Assembly (NCBI GenBank): GCA_934148985.1
Contig: CAKPDO010000004.1
Coordinates: 1-58,664, forward strand
DNA length: 58,664 bases
Source: an uncultured Clostridia bacterium
GTDB taxonomy: Bacteria > Bacillota > Clostridia > TANB77 > CAG-508
Reading direction: 5' to 3'
The notes below the pieces were generated by a model. The model saw only the letters and a program-made list of their open reading frames with translations. It was not told the origin of the DNA and made no database searches. The position numbers and the translations under genes were made by a program. Shown piece by piece: positions 1 to 8,989 of the stretch; the stretch's first letter is position 1; every line of letters starts with the position of its first letter.

Positions 1-558
1 ACAGGAATTCCAGCAGCACCAAGAGGAGTACCACAAATAGAAGTTACATTTGATATAGATGCAAATGGTATAGTTCATGTTTCGGCAAAAGATATGGCTA
101 CAGGAAACAGCCAAAATGTTGCAATTACAGCATCAACAAATTTAACAGACGAAGATATCGAAAAAGCTGTTAAAGATGCAGAAGCTCATGCTGAAGAAGA
201 TAAAAAGAGAAAAGACGAAATCGAAGTTAAAAATAATGCTGAAAGCTTAGTATATAATAGCGAAAAAACATTAAATGAACTTGGAGATAAAATCAGCGGA
301 GAAGAAAAAGCAAAAATTGAAAACGAAATAGAAGCAACTAAAAAAGCTCTAGAATCAAACGATACTGAAGCAATTAAGGAAGCAACAGAAAAATTAACAA
401 AAGTATTTTATGAAATGAGTGAGCAACTATATAAGAATGCAAATCCAAATGCAGGAGCTGAGGGAGCAAATCCAAATACTGATGCAACAGGAAACAATGC
501 TGGAGATAATGGAAATGTATATGATGCTGATTACAAAGTTGAAGATGACAACAAATAA
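1..558 (+). CDS. dnaK: Molecular chaperone DnaK (Hsp70), C-terminal part; 5' end is outside the window
   Basis: Frame 1 is open from base 1 ([31 protein letters not shown]...). This is a typical Hsp70 substrate-binding/lid region with an acidic tail, followed directly by dnaJ. Confidence 0.95.
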   Translation, partial: TGIPAAPRGVPQIEVTFDIDANGIVHVSAKDMATGNSQNVAITASTNLTDEDIEKAVKDAEAHAEEDKKRKDEIEVKNNAESLVYNSEKTLNELGDKISGEEKAKIENEIEATKKALESNDTEAIKEATEKLTKVFYEMSEQLYKNANPNAGAEGANPNTDATGNNAGDNGNVYDADYKVEDDNK

Positions 559-673
559 TTGTAAAAAATAAGTTAGCGAGGTTGGAAGTGAAAAAAAGTC
601 CAACCTCAAACTTTGATAAAAGAAAAATCAAAAATTCGATATATAAAGTAGTATTTACAATAGAAATTTTTGG

Positions 674-1849
674 TTGGAGGTGAAAAAAGTGGCAGAGAAA
701 AAAGATTATTATGAAATATTAGGTGTAAGTAAAACAGCAACAGATGAAGAACTAAAAAAAGCATATAGACAAATGGCAAAAAAATACCATCCAGATGCAA
801 ATCCTGATAATAAAGAGGCGGCAGAAGCTAAATTTAAAGAAGTAAATGAAGCATATGAAGTTCTATCAAACCCACAAAAAAGAAAAATGTACGACCAATT
901 TGGAACGGCAGACCCTAGTGGAGCAGGATTTGGTGCTGGTGGGCCATTTGGCGGTGGAAATTATTACCAGTATACATCATCTGATTTTGGCGACTTCGGA
1001 GATTTAGGAGATATATTTTCATCATTCTTTGGTGGTGGATTTGGTGGGCAAAGAACAAATGCAAGAAAAAATAATGGACCACGTAAAGGTGAAGATTTAA
1101 ATATAAGTATAGATATATCTTTTGAGGAATCTTTTTTAGGAGTAGAAAAAGAGATTGTAGTTAATAGACAGGAAACTTGTAGCGAATGTAATGGAACAGG
1201 TGCGAAAAAAGGAACAAGTCCTATAAAATGTCCAACGTGTAACGGAACAGGAAGTGTAACTACTTTCCAAAACACAATTTTAGGAAGAGTTCAAACAACA
1301 AGGCCATGTTCAGAATGTAGGGGAACTGGTGAAATTATAAAAGAACCATGTGAAAATTGTCATGGTAAAGGAACAATTAGAAAATCACCAAAAGTTAAAG
1401 TTAAGATTCCAGCAGGAATAAATGATAATCAAACAGTTGTACTTAGAGGACAAGGAAATCCTGGAATAAAAGGAGGTCCAGCAGGAGATTTATACATAAC
1501 TGTTATGGTTAGAAAAAGTAGCATTTATAAGAGAGATGGAAACAATGTATATTGTGACATTCCTGTAACAATTACACAAGCAACATTAGGTGCTGAACTT
1601 GAAATTCCTATGGTAGATGGAACTAAAGAAGTTTATAGAATACCAGATGGAACTCAGACTGGAACACAATTTACTATTCGAGCTAAGGGATTTAAAAGCT
1701 TAAATTCTACAGTTCAAGGCAATTTTATTTTTAGAGTTGTTGTTCAAACTCCTAGAAGACTTACTAAGGAACAAAGAGATTTAATGGTAGAACTAGCTAA
1801 GACTATGAATGAGCAACCTCCAGTGAAGAAACGCGGGTTGTTTGGGTAA
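674..1849 (+). CDS. dnaJ: Co-chaperone DnaJ
   Basis: J-domain with HPD (KKYHPDAN), a G/F-rich region, four CxxCxGxG zinc-finger repeats and the DnaJ C-terminal domain. The likely true start is GTG 689, downstream of GGAGGTG (675-681). Confidence 0.95.
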   Translation: MEVKKVAEKKDYYEILGVSKTATDEELKKAYRQMAKKYHPDANPDNKEAAEAKFKEVNEAYEVLSNPQKRKMYDQFGTADPSGAGFGAGGPFGGGNYYQYTSSDFGDFGDLGDIFSSFFGGGFGGQRTNARKNNGPRKGEDLNISIDISFEESFLGVEKEIVVNRQETCSECNGTGAKKGTSPIKCPTCNGTGSVTTFQNTILGRVQTTRPCSECRGTGEIIKEPCENCHGKGTIRKSPKVKVKIPAGINDNQTVVLRGQGNPGIKGGPAGDLYITVMVRKSSIYKRDGNNVYCDIPVTITQATLGAELEIPMVDGTKEVYRIPDGTQTGTQFTIRAKGFKSLNSTVQGNFIFRVVVQTPRRLTKEQRDLMVELAKTMNEQPPVKKRGLFG

Positions 1850-1926
1850 TTTATGAAAAGAATTAATATAATTCCTAAAAGCAGACGAAATAATAAAAAT
1901 GGTGGACGGGTTTGTGGAAGAACTAT

Positions 1927-1955
1927 TTGACAAGATTGACATAATGTGGTATAAT
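1927..1955 (+). promoter_or_regulatory. Near-consensus sigma-70/SigA promoter (TTGACA-17 nt-TATAAT with TGn extension)
   Basis: TTGACA at 1927-1932, a 17-nt spacer ending in TGG, TATAAT at 1950-1955. No protein-coding ORF follows for ~770 nt. Confidence 0.7.
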
Positions 1956-1961
1956 TAGTTG

Positions 1962-2465
1962 TATTAAGCCAAAGGAGGTTTAAAATGCGTTTAAAAACGT
2001 GCTGTTGAAAAAATGCCGATGGTGGGCATGAATAGAGAAAAAAGCTTCTGCATATCCAAGCCGTCAAAAGTACGAAGAATTTGGAATGCAAAAAGTATAT
2101 CTTGTATTTGTGTTGGGCCACCTAGGAAGACTTTCCAACATTTATTTCTTATTGATATCGTTGGTGAGCCTATGTTGCTTATATAGGACATAGAATTCTG
2201 ATGCTCTGGAAGTAAAAAGCCATTTGAGAGGCAAAAGGTCCTTCCCTAGGAACATTGTGAATTTAGACTGATGAAATTGGGCAATAGAGTTGACCACCTA
2301 TTGCTAAACCATATGCGGTAAATCCAATTCGAATAAATTTTGTCCCGTCAATGTACGTAGTGGTAAAATAATCTTTCGAAGGATGCGCGAGAAAATATGG
2401 ATGGGCCTAAATAACAGTTGGGCTAAAAATACGCCGAGGTAGATTGTTACTTCGGCGTATTTTTG
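1962..2465 (+). ncRNA. Candidate ~500-nt non-coding RNA of unknown class (promoter-to-terminator unit with no ORF)
   Basis: Bounded by the consensus promoter (1927-1955) and an intrinsic terminator (2429-2465). No + strand ORF of 60 aa or more. GC is clearly above the flanking backbone. Several local hairpins are present (ATGCC..GGCAT ~2022-2036, CCTAT..ATAGG ~2170-2188, GCAATAG..CTATTGC 2281-2305), plus possible long-range pairing of CCTAGGAAG (~2120) with CTTCCCTAGG (~2241). Class not recognised by eye. Confidence 0.45.
2429..2465 (+). terminator. Intrinsic terminator
   Basis: ATACGCCGAG / CTTCGGCGTAT 10-bp stem (one G-U) with an 11-nt loop, followed by TTTTT. An A-run upstream makes it potentially bidirectional. 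Confidence 0.75.
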
Positions 2466-2482
2466 CGTGTGCAAATTTTTGA

Positions 2483-2511
2483 TTGCAAAATTTACGGATT
2501 TGTGATAAAAT
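2483..2511 (+). promoter_or_regulatory. Candidate promoter of the AAA+/vWA operon
   Basis: TTGCAA (2483-2488), 17-nt spacer with TGn, TAAAAT (2506-2511). It would give a ~220-nt leader before the 2732 ATG. Confidence 0.5.
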
Positions 2512-2731
2512 ATATTATATCGTGAGGAGTAATATTTTATAACAAAATGGTCTTTTTCGTTTTGTTGATATTTAGCTATGTATAGCTGAGTAAGAGAACA
2601 TATTACTTATATTATTAAAAAAGAGAAAGGAGAGTTCCCTATCTGCGCCTCACACAGACAGCTTAGTTTTAACAACTGGGGACAAGATGACTCAAAAAGA
2701 GTGGACTTGTATGGAACATTGAAAAAATAAT

Positions 2732-3823
2732 ATGACACAGAACACAACGCAGATTGCTCAGGCAATTGTAAAGGCACTCGATGACAATTTCGTATTCGTT
2801 GACGATGTAAAGGCAATTTTGCCTTTAGCATTTGTTGGCGGAAAGAATGTAATTCTTTTCGGACCTGGCGGACATGCTAAGTCCAAAATGCTGGAGAAAG
2901 TCATTGAAGCACTTGATGCTAAAGATGAAACCTTTGTCCAGTTTTTTGGAGAAGGTATGGATGAGGCGCGCATTTATGGTGGGCTGAATTTCGAAAAGCT
3001 CGAAAAAGAGCACGTTTTGGAGTATTATCCAGAACGTAGTTTCCTCAATTATCGCATAGCGATTTTTGAAGAGCTTTTCGACGCACCCGCTAACGTTCTG
3101 TTGGCTCTCAAAGATGTTCTTACATCTAAAGAGCTGAGAAACGGAGCACAGCGGTTCCCTATGCGTACAGAGGTAATTGTTTGCCTCACAAATAAGGAGC
3201 CAGCTGAAATTGCTGACTTAGGTCCAGCAGCTGAAGCACTTATTGAGAGATTCCCTTTGCAGCTAAATGTAAAATGGGATAGCTATGACAAGGCTGCTTA
3301 TGAGGCTTTGTTCAAAAAGACTTGCCAGAAAATGACAGGACCAAGTATGACAAAGTTTCAGGGCATCTTAGCAGAGGTCTTGGCAAACGCGACAGCATCC
3401 GGAAACTTTGTTTCCCCACGTACTGCAGTACATGCCTTTCAGGTATGCCAGACTGCGGCAATGGTCGCAGGACGCGACGTGGTAGCTAAGGAGGACTTGG
3501 TTAATCTTCGTTTCCTTCCTGGACTCGAAGTATTAGCAAAATCTCTCCAAGCTGACATCGAAGCAGCAATGGAGAGAGAGAAGGGTGAAAAGGCTCTTGC
3601 TGGTTATAAAACAGAGTATAGCGCTCTGTATGAAACCATGGAAGGTGAGCATCGTCCAATTCAGCTACTCCAAGTCAGCAAAAAGGCTACAGAACTTCTG
3701 GATCGAGTATCCACATTAAAAGTTCCAGACAGCCTTGTGTCTGAAAGAAAGGAGCTGAGAAACAAAGTGTCAGATTTGAGTGCTGAAGCCCAGACTAAGG
3801 CTCTCAATTTGACAAGAATTTAA
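2732..3823 (+). CDS. MoxR/RavA-like AAA+ ATPase (363 aa)
   Basis: Walker A GPGGHAKS (the GxPGxAK[ST] form typical of MoxR/RavA) and a Walker B-like IAIFEELFDAPANVLLALKDVLTSKE that aligns with RavA VFLDEIWKAgpaiLNTLL. GC-richer codon usage than the backbone. Contains an in-frame CGG (3152) read as Arg. Confidence 0.8.
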   Translation: MTQNTTQIAQAIVKALDDNFVFVDDVKAILPLAFVGGKNVILFGPGGHAKSKMLEKVIEALDAKDETFVQFFGEGMDEARIYGGLNFEKLEKEHVLEYYPERSFLNYRIAIFEELFDAPANVLLALKDVLTSKELRNGAQRFPMRTEVIVCLTNKEPAEIADLGPAAEALIERFPLQLNVKWDSYDKAAYEALFKKTCQKMTGPSMTKFQGILAEVLANATASGNFVSPRTAVHAFQVCQTAAMVAGRDVVAKEDLVNLRFLPGLEVLAKSLQADIEAAMEREKGEKALAGYKTEYSALYETMEGEHRPIQLLQVSKKATELLDRVSTLKVPDSLVSERKELRNKVSDLSAEAQTKALNLTRI

Positions 3824-3907
3824 GCCGAAAAAAAGAAAGGAGGCTCCTCGGGGAAATCAAGTCTTTGTACTTGCATTTCTCTCTGGCACAACTAGGAGTG
3901 AGATGAT

Positions 3908-5254
3908 GTGTTCAGCATGTACTTACTAGAGGAAAATAGCATGGAAATATTTAGAACTACAACAGAGGGCTATCTTGCTCCCTCTAGGGAAGAAATGCGA
4001 GAGGCTGCTGAAAGAGTAGGACTACGGTCATATTCTAGAGATTTAGCCACAGATTTGGCTAATCTGGCAGCTGGAGGAAGGGTTAATCCACCTTCTAAAT
4101 ACTCAGATGCAGTAATGCAGAGAGTGGTAGAAAGGTTGGAAAAACCCAATGGCTATGGTGAATGGAAACTATCCGATGGTAATTGGACCAAGGAAAAGAC
4201 CAAAATTGTGGCAGATCGCCATAAAAGCCAAATGGCATACCACCAGAATGTCTGTGATTTTCTATCTGAGATAGATATGAGCAGATTTGAAGGTGAAACG
4301 CCTTTGGAACAGGCGATGAACTGCTTGAAACTCCTTTCAAAGATGAAAGGGGGAAATGGTGGCGGCGAAGATGGCGAACCGTTACCTATTTTTCAGGATG
4401 GTTCTCCTGAAGGAGTAGCACATCAGCTTCATGACAGTATCGATAGTGTTGATACACTTTCTGAAACTGAAAAAGAACTGATGGGTGAAACTCCTGAAAT
4501 GTCCAAGCGAGAAATCGCAGAGGACATGATGGGGGATAAATCCATTTGGTTATCAATTTCGCGCCAGTTGGATAGTTTGTCCAAAATGCAGGTGCGAAAG
4601 TGTAAGAAGCAAGAAGCAGATCCAAATGGAGAAGAGGTAATAACTCGCTCTATTAACGGATTTGATGAGCTTTCAAAGCTTTCAAAATCTGAGTGGGCAC
4701 ACTATCAGACTAACCGCTCTTACTTTTGGTATAGAGTGGCTAGTAAGCAGGCGAGAGTTCGAGAAAGAGTGGTCAATATTGAAAAAAAGCAATTGCTTTT
4801 TATCATCGTTGATTGCTCCGGTTCAATGGATTCGGGAAAACGCATTGCAAAAGCATGTGGAATTCTAATGAACCGCCTGAAAGCGGTCATCACCGGAGAA
4901 GCAGAGTTATATTTCTCTTTTTTTGACACTGAACTTCTTGAAGTTTATAGTGTCAAAACTCCAGAAGAAGCTAAGTCTTTGATGGAAACTTTGAGAAATA
5001 AAAACTTTTCCGGAGGTTCTACAAGCATTGATAGTGCTATGAAGCAGGCCAAAGCAGAAATCGATAAGATTATTGCAGAAGGTTCTACTTATAGACCAGA
5101 GCTTGTGGTAATCACGGATGGCGATGACAGTATTTCTTCAACAGCAAAAGATTTTGCTGGTACGAAAGTACACGCTTTTGTGGTTGAAGAAAGTAATACT
5201 ATGTTAACTGACCTTGCTAAGGCAACTGGTGGGGTTGGCATAAATAAGTTCTGA
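3908..5254 (+). CDS. ViaA-like protein with C-terminal von Willebrand factor A (vWA) domain (448 aa)
   Basis: MIDAS motif DCSGSM in LLFIIVDCSGSMDSGKR, and later VVITDGDD. The N-terminal ~290 aa are unassigned. GTG 3908 lies 9 nt after AGGAG; an alternative ATG is at 3941. Adjacent to the MoxR-like ATPase, the classic AAA+/vWA pairing. Confidence 0.8.
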   Translation: MFSMYLLEENSMEIFRTTTEGYLAPSREEMREAAERVGLRSYSRDLATDLANLAAGGRVNPPSKYSDAVMQRVVERLEKPNGYGEWKLSDGNWTKEKTKIVADRHKSQMAYHQNVCDFLSEIDMSRFEGETPLEQAMNCLKLLSKMKGGNGGGEDGEPLPIFQDGSPEGVAHQLHDSIDSVDTLSETEKELMGETPEMSKREIAEDMMGDKSIWLSISRQLDSLSKMQVRKCKKQEADPNGEEVITRSINGFDELSKLSKSEWAHYQTNRSYFWYRVASKQARVRERVVNIEKKQLLFIIVDCSGSMDSGKRIAKACGILMNRLKAVITGEAELYFSFFDTELLEVYSVKTPEEAKSLMETLRNKNFSGGSTSIDSAMKQAKAEIDKIIAEGSTYRPELVVITDGDDSISSTAKDFAGTKVHAFVVEESNTMLTDLAKATGGVGINKF

Positions 5255-5344
5255 AAAAGAAAGGAGGAGCTTCCAATAATTAATATTCTTACGAATCGAC
5301 GTGAGCATATAGAACGGAAAAATTTTAGATTTTTAAGTTGCTAT

Positions 5345-5959
5345 ATGGGAAGCACAGAAAAAATGAACAGCAACAGAAAAAACAATGGCAGCAGCAACAA
5401 TAGTTACCCTTTCATGCCTTGGACCTATAAGTATGAGCTTACAGGCCATGAACAGAAGAAATTGACAAGAGAGGGATTGGTTTTCCTTGGAAGAACATTA
5501 GATGGTGTGCCGGTTTATGACCGGTTAAATAGTCATTTTGTCGACCATGGATTTTCAAGTGAAACCATGAAGTCAGCACTATCAAAAATTACACAGGTTT
5601 CCAATTTTGAGAAACATGTCGTAAAATTTGACAGAGTTGTCGGGGAAACCACCTGTGTCAAAGTCGGTGAAAACGACAAAGTAATAATGGTGGTTCGAAA
5701 AAGACGCCAAGGGCCTACTCCAATGGTCATTGGCAGAAAACCGGAGCCGTGTGCTTCTGTGGTAATTATCCTCAAAAAAGCAAGTGATGATGAAGGTGAA
5801 TACTTCATTTTAATCACGGCTTTTGTTGGGGAAAACTCGGAACCGGAACCGTGGGATAAGCAGCTGATCCCAGGATCTAAAGAGCATGCCAAAGCTGTGA
5901 AGTTTTGGAAAAGCCATGCACTCCTGTATGATGAGGAGGTGATTGATTACATCGTATAA
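5345..5959 (+). CDS. Hypothetical protein (204 aa), third gene of the AAA+/vWA island
   Basis: Long ORF with island-like GC and no recognisable motif. Weak SD, so the start is uncertain (alternative ATG 5363). Confidence 0.55.
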   Translation: MGSTEKMNSNRKNNGSSNNSYPFMPWTYKYELTGHEQKKLTREGLVFLGRTLDGVPVYDRLNSHFVDHGFSSETMKSALSKITQVSNFEKHVVKFDRVVGETTCVKVGENDKVIMVVRKRRQGPTPMVIGRKPEPCASVVIILKKASDDEGEYFILITAFVGENSEPEPWDKQLIPGSKEHAKAVKFWKSHALLYDEEVIDYIV

Positions 5960-5998
5960 ATGTAACAACCACAAAACAGAAAGGAGGTTTAGCAGCAT

Positions 5999-6496
5999 AT
6001 GTCTGTTCTGCTTGAAGGGAAAACCTTTATAAGGTTTTTCAAATTAGATCCAAAAAGGGAAACAGATGGATTGTCAGACGAAGCTATATTTAAGTGGCTT
6101 CTCTGGCACCATACGGAAATAACCGAAGCCTTACGAGAGTGGGCTAAGGGTAAATATCCAGATGCGCCCGAAAATTATAAAAATAGCTTTGCAAGCCTTA
6201 TAGCTTGTTTGGCTACAGGGGCATATGGAGGATACCCTACGGAAAACTCCCAAAAAGAGAGGTATGCAGAACATAAAGTCTATGATTTTTATAGGAATAT
6301 GTTAGGTATACTGAAAAAGGAGGAGATGACAATTGCAATAATATATTTTGTTGCAAGTCATTTACTCCAAAAGTCCCCATTAGAGGAGGATACTGAAGAA
6401 AAACTTCAAGAGGCAATAAGGCTTCTTGAAGTATCTAAGAGCAGTTTCAAGTCTAAGCAGATTGCAAAGGCAAGAAAATTGCTTGAAGAAATTTAA
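5999..6496 (+). CDS. Hypothetical helical protein (165 aa), fourth gene of the island
   Basis: ORF preceded by GAAAGGAGG (5976-5984). No recognisable motif. Confidence 0.55.
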   Translation: MSVLLEGKTFIRFFKLDPKRETDGLSDEAIFKWLLWHHTEITEALREWAKGKYPDAPENYKNSFASLIACLATGAYGGYPTENSQKERYAEHKVYDFYRNMLGILKKEEMTIAIIYFVASHLLQKSPLEEDTEEKLQEAIRLLEVSKSSFKSKQIAKARKLLEEI

Positions 6497-6514
6497 TAAA
6501 TAAGTAATAAAAAA

Positions 6515-6553
6515 GGGAATGTTTGGTGTACCAGATGTTCCCTGTTCTCTTTT
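6515..6553 (+). terminator. Probable intrinsic terminator ending the island operon
   Basis: GGGAATGTTTGGT / ACCAGATGTTCCC stem (with G-U pairs) followed by a T-rich tract. Confidence 0.55.
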
Positions 6554-6623
6554 ATTCATAATAAATTTTTATCACTAAAAAATTAAAATCAATATTATTT
6601 AAAAGAAAAAATTCCACAAAATA

Positions 6624-6651
6624 TAGACATATTTTCCTAATATGATATAAT
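6624..6651 (+). promoter_or_regulatory. Candidate promoter of the helicase operon
   Basis: TAGACA, 16 nt, then TGaTATAAT (extended -10) about 30 nt upstream of the AGAGG SD and ATG 6683. Confidence 0.45.
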
Positions 6652-6682
6652 AAACTTATCAAACTGGAAAGAGGTAAAAAAT

Positions 6683-8524
6683 ATGGATACTAATGAAAAT
6701 CAATACAGTAAATACGATCAAAAAGGAGACAATGACATTAAATGGCAACAAGAATGCCTAAAAGAAATATCAGACAAAAGTAATGTAATATTAAGTTCGC
6801 CAACAGGGAGTGGAAAAACGCGAGTATTTTTAGAATGGGCGCTAAAACAATATGAAAGACCGATAATAATAACAGCACCAATAAAAGCATTATCAAATCA
6901 AAGATATAGAGAGCTATTGCAAGCTGGATATACAGTAGGACTAGAAACTGGAGATATAAAAAATGTTCCAGAAAATTGTGACTTTATTTGTTGTACACAA
7001 GAAATTTATACTAATAAATATTGTGATTTAATAAATGTAACATTGATAATGGACGAATTTCATTATATATTTGAAAATGCATCAAGAGCAAGAACATATA
7101 TAGATGCACTAAATAAATCAAAAGCAAGTAATATTTTATTGTGTTCAGCAACATTAGGGGACATTGATAGGTTAAAGGAATATGTTGAGAAAGTATCTAA
7201 AAGAGATTTTTATACATATGAAAATAAATCAAGATTAACATCTTTATCATATAAAGGAGATATTGAGGCAGAAGAAATAAGAGATTCACTAATAGTAACA
7301 TTTTCTAGAAGAAACATCGAGTTCGTACTAGAGCAATTATCAAACCAAAGGGAAGAACAATCTGATGAAAAAATTGAAAAAATAACCCAGATGGCTGAAA
7401 ATGATAAAATAGAAAATGAGGAAATTATCGAAGATGCGAAGCTGGGAATAGCTGGATATTATGGTGCTTTATTACCAAAAGAAAAAATGTTTATAGAAAA
7501 ATGTTTTGAAGAAGGATTAATTGATACAGTAGTTGGAACTGATGCATTGGCACTAGGTGTTAATTTTCCTGTGCAAAATGTAATATTTACACAGTTATCT
7601 AAATATTATGATGGTCCAATAAGCAAAAATTTATTTGAGCAATTAGCTGGTAGAGCTGGAAGAAAGGGATATTTCGATGAAGGATATGTTTATTATTGCT
7701 CGGAATTTGCTAGTGAATTAGAAGCAAATGGATATGATACAGAAGATTTATTTGACATGATTTTAAAAAAGGAAAACGAAGATGTCAAAATATCTTTAAC
7801 TGCCAATATAAAGGATATTTTATTGGGAAAGACTACAATAATAGAAGAAGCGGAATATATGTCTGAATTTTCAACAGAACAAGCTGACACAAAAAGGATA
7901 ATTGAAGTATTATCAGATGTTATACAATATATTAAAAATGAAGCATTTAGGGAAGAAGTAAGACAAATGGTGGATAACAGATACAATTATCAAGGTGAGC
8001 ATTGGGATGAAAAATTAGAAAAATACGTAAAAAATAGAACGGAAGATGAAAGAGAAAAATTTCAAGAAAAATTAATGGCAAAAGAAGGAGAATTCAGGCA
8101 AAATATTGCAAAAGTCTATTTTGATGAATATACTCCTGAAGAGAACTGTCGAATATTTGCAGACATTGTGTGTGGGACAAACCCAGATGTAATTTTGAGA
8201 AAATATGGGATATCTGAAAGTTTTTATAATATGCTTCAATTTAGAAAATATGTAAAATCTTTGCCAAAAGAATATAGAAAAGGTTTAACTAAAATCAATG
8301 ATATAATTCGTGAAATTGACGAAACCGCAATTGATGGATATAGGGGCAGTGTTAGCACTAAAGATATTGGTGAACAATTAAGAGAAGAAAGTAGACTTAC
8401 AGGAAAAAATATAAAACAAATATTACATGAACAAGAAGCAATAAAAAGAATGAGTGAAAAAGCAGAAATTATTGATGAACAGTTAAAAATAGCAAAAGAA
8501 TATGGATTGGAGGAATACAAATGA
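6683..8524 (+). CDS. Superfamily-2 (DEAD/DEAH, Ski2-like) helicase, 613 aa
   Basis: Motif I SPTGSGKT, motif II MDEFH, motif III SAT, motif V GTDALALGVNFP, motif VI QLAGRAGRKG. The C-terminal ~230 aa are unassigned. Confidence 0.85.
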   Translation: MDTNENQYSKYDQKGDNDIKWQQECLKEISDKSNVILSSPTGSGKTRVFLEWALKQYERPIIITAPIKALSNQRYRELLQAGYTVGLETGDIKNVPENCDFICCTQEIYTNKYCDLINVTLIMDEFHYIFENASRARTYIDALNKSKASNILLCSATLGDIDRLKEYVEKVSKRDFYTYENKSRLTSLSYKGDIEAEEIRDSLIVTFSRRNIEFVLEQLSNQREEQSDEKIEKITQMAENDKIENEEIIEDAKLGIAGYYGALLPKEKMFIEKCFEEGLIDTVVGTDALALGVNFPVQNVIFTQLSKYYDGPISKNLFEQLAGRAGRKGYFDEGYVYYCSEFASELEANGYDTEDLFDMILKKENEDVKISLTANIKDILLGKTTIIEEAEYMSEFSTEQADTKRIIEVLSDVIQYIKNEAFREEVRQMVDNRYNYQGEHWDEKLEKYVKNRTEDEREKFQEKLMAKEGEFRQNIAKVYFDEYTPEENCRIFADIVCGTNPDVILRKYGISESFYNMLQFRKYVKSLPKEYRKGLTKINDIIREIDETAIDGYRGSVSTKDIGEQLREESRLTGKNIKQILHEQEAIKRMSEKAEIIDEQLKIAKEYGLEEYK

Positions 8525-8970
8525 AAGATATAAATAAAGATATAAGTTATGAGAGTGCTTATTCAGAAGTAATAGAAGTTTTGAACTATGTTTCAATAGA
8601 TGAATACAATAAAATTCCGAAGAAATTTATAACATATTTAGAAGAAAACTGTGATGAAAATAGTGATTTTACGTATAATATAGCATTACCAATGGATAAA
8701 CAAAATTTATCAGATAAAGCTAAAAATTTGCTAGCTGTTATATATAGGTTGTTTTGGGCAAACAGTGATGAAAAAGAGAAATTAAATGAAGTTGATAGAT
8801 TTATTGAGGAAGAAAATAGAAAAAAATATGATTTAGATAATGTTTTTAAGAACAGACAAGCTAATACGGCAAATGCAGAAAAGGATAAAAAAGAATTAAT
8901 AAAATATGAGGAGAAAAAGTGGTATAAAAAAATTTTTGAGAAAATATTAAAAATCTTTAGTAAGAAATAA
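8521..8970 (+). CDS. Hypothetical protein (149 aa), translationally coupled to the helicase
   Basis: ATGA start/stop overlap with the helicase gene. Lys/Glu-rich, no recognised domain. Confidence 0.55.
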   Translation: MKDINKDISYESAYSEVIEVLNYVSIDEYNKIPKKFITYLEENCDENSDFTYNIALPMDKQNLSDKAKNLLAVIYRLFWANSDEKEKLNEVDRFIEEENRKKYDLDNVFKNRQANTANAEKDKKELIKYEEKKWYKKIFEKILKIFSKK

Positions 8971-8989
8971 GAAAGGGACCAAATAAATA

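Noticed and set aside
1985-2008. 7-codon ORF MRLKTCC with a perfect AAGGAGG SD, considered as a real peptide gene or leader peptide. The 8-codon MGCKKTPK ORF (33702-33728) was considered likewise.
   Set aside because: They are too short to support from sequence alone. They are recorded within the ncRNA and orphan-gene findings rather than called as CDS.
1962-2465. Identification of the ORF-less transcript unit as tmRNA, RNase P RNA, SRP RNA or a group II intron fragment.
   Set aside because: No tRNA-like acceptor/T-arm ending (GGTTCGAATCC..CCA) or tag ORF; no GAGGAAAGTCC/ACAGAA RNase P boxes; no SRP domain IV motif; no GTGYG 5' end or domain V-like hairpin. The class is left open.
3826-3850. 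Recurrent AAAGAAAGGAGG(C/A)..CTCC motif after the stops of the MoxR-like (3831) and vWA (5258) genes, considered as hidden gene starts or a regulatory repeat.
   Set aside because: No start codon lies at a workable distance and the motif cannot form a viable hairpin. It is probably a vestigial or coincidental SD-like sequence.
1850-6560. Calling the GC-rich island a defined mobile element (prophage, ICE or IS).
   Set aside because: No integrase, transposase, tRNA target or flanking direct/inverted repeats could be found. Only the compositional shift supports foreign origin.
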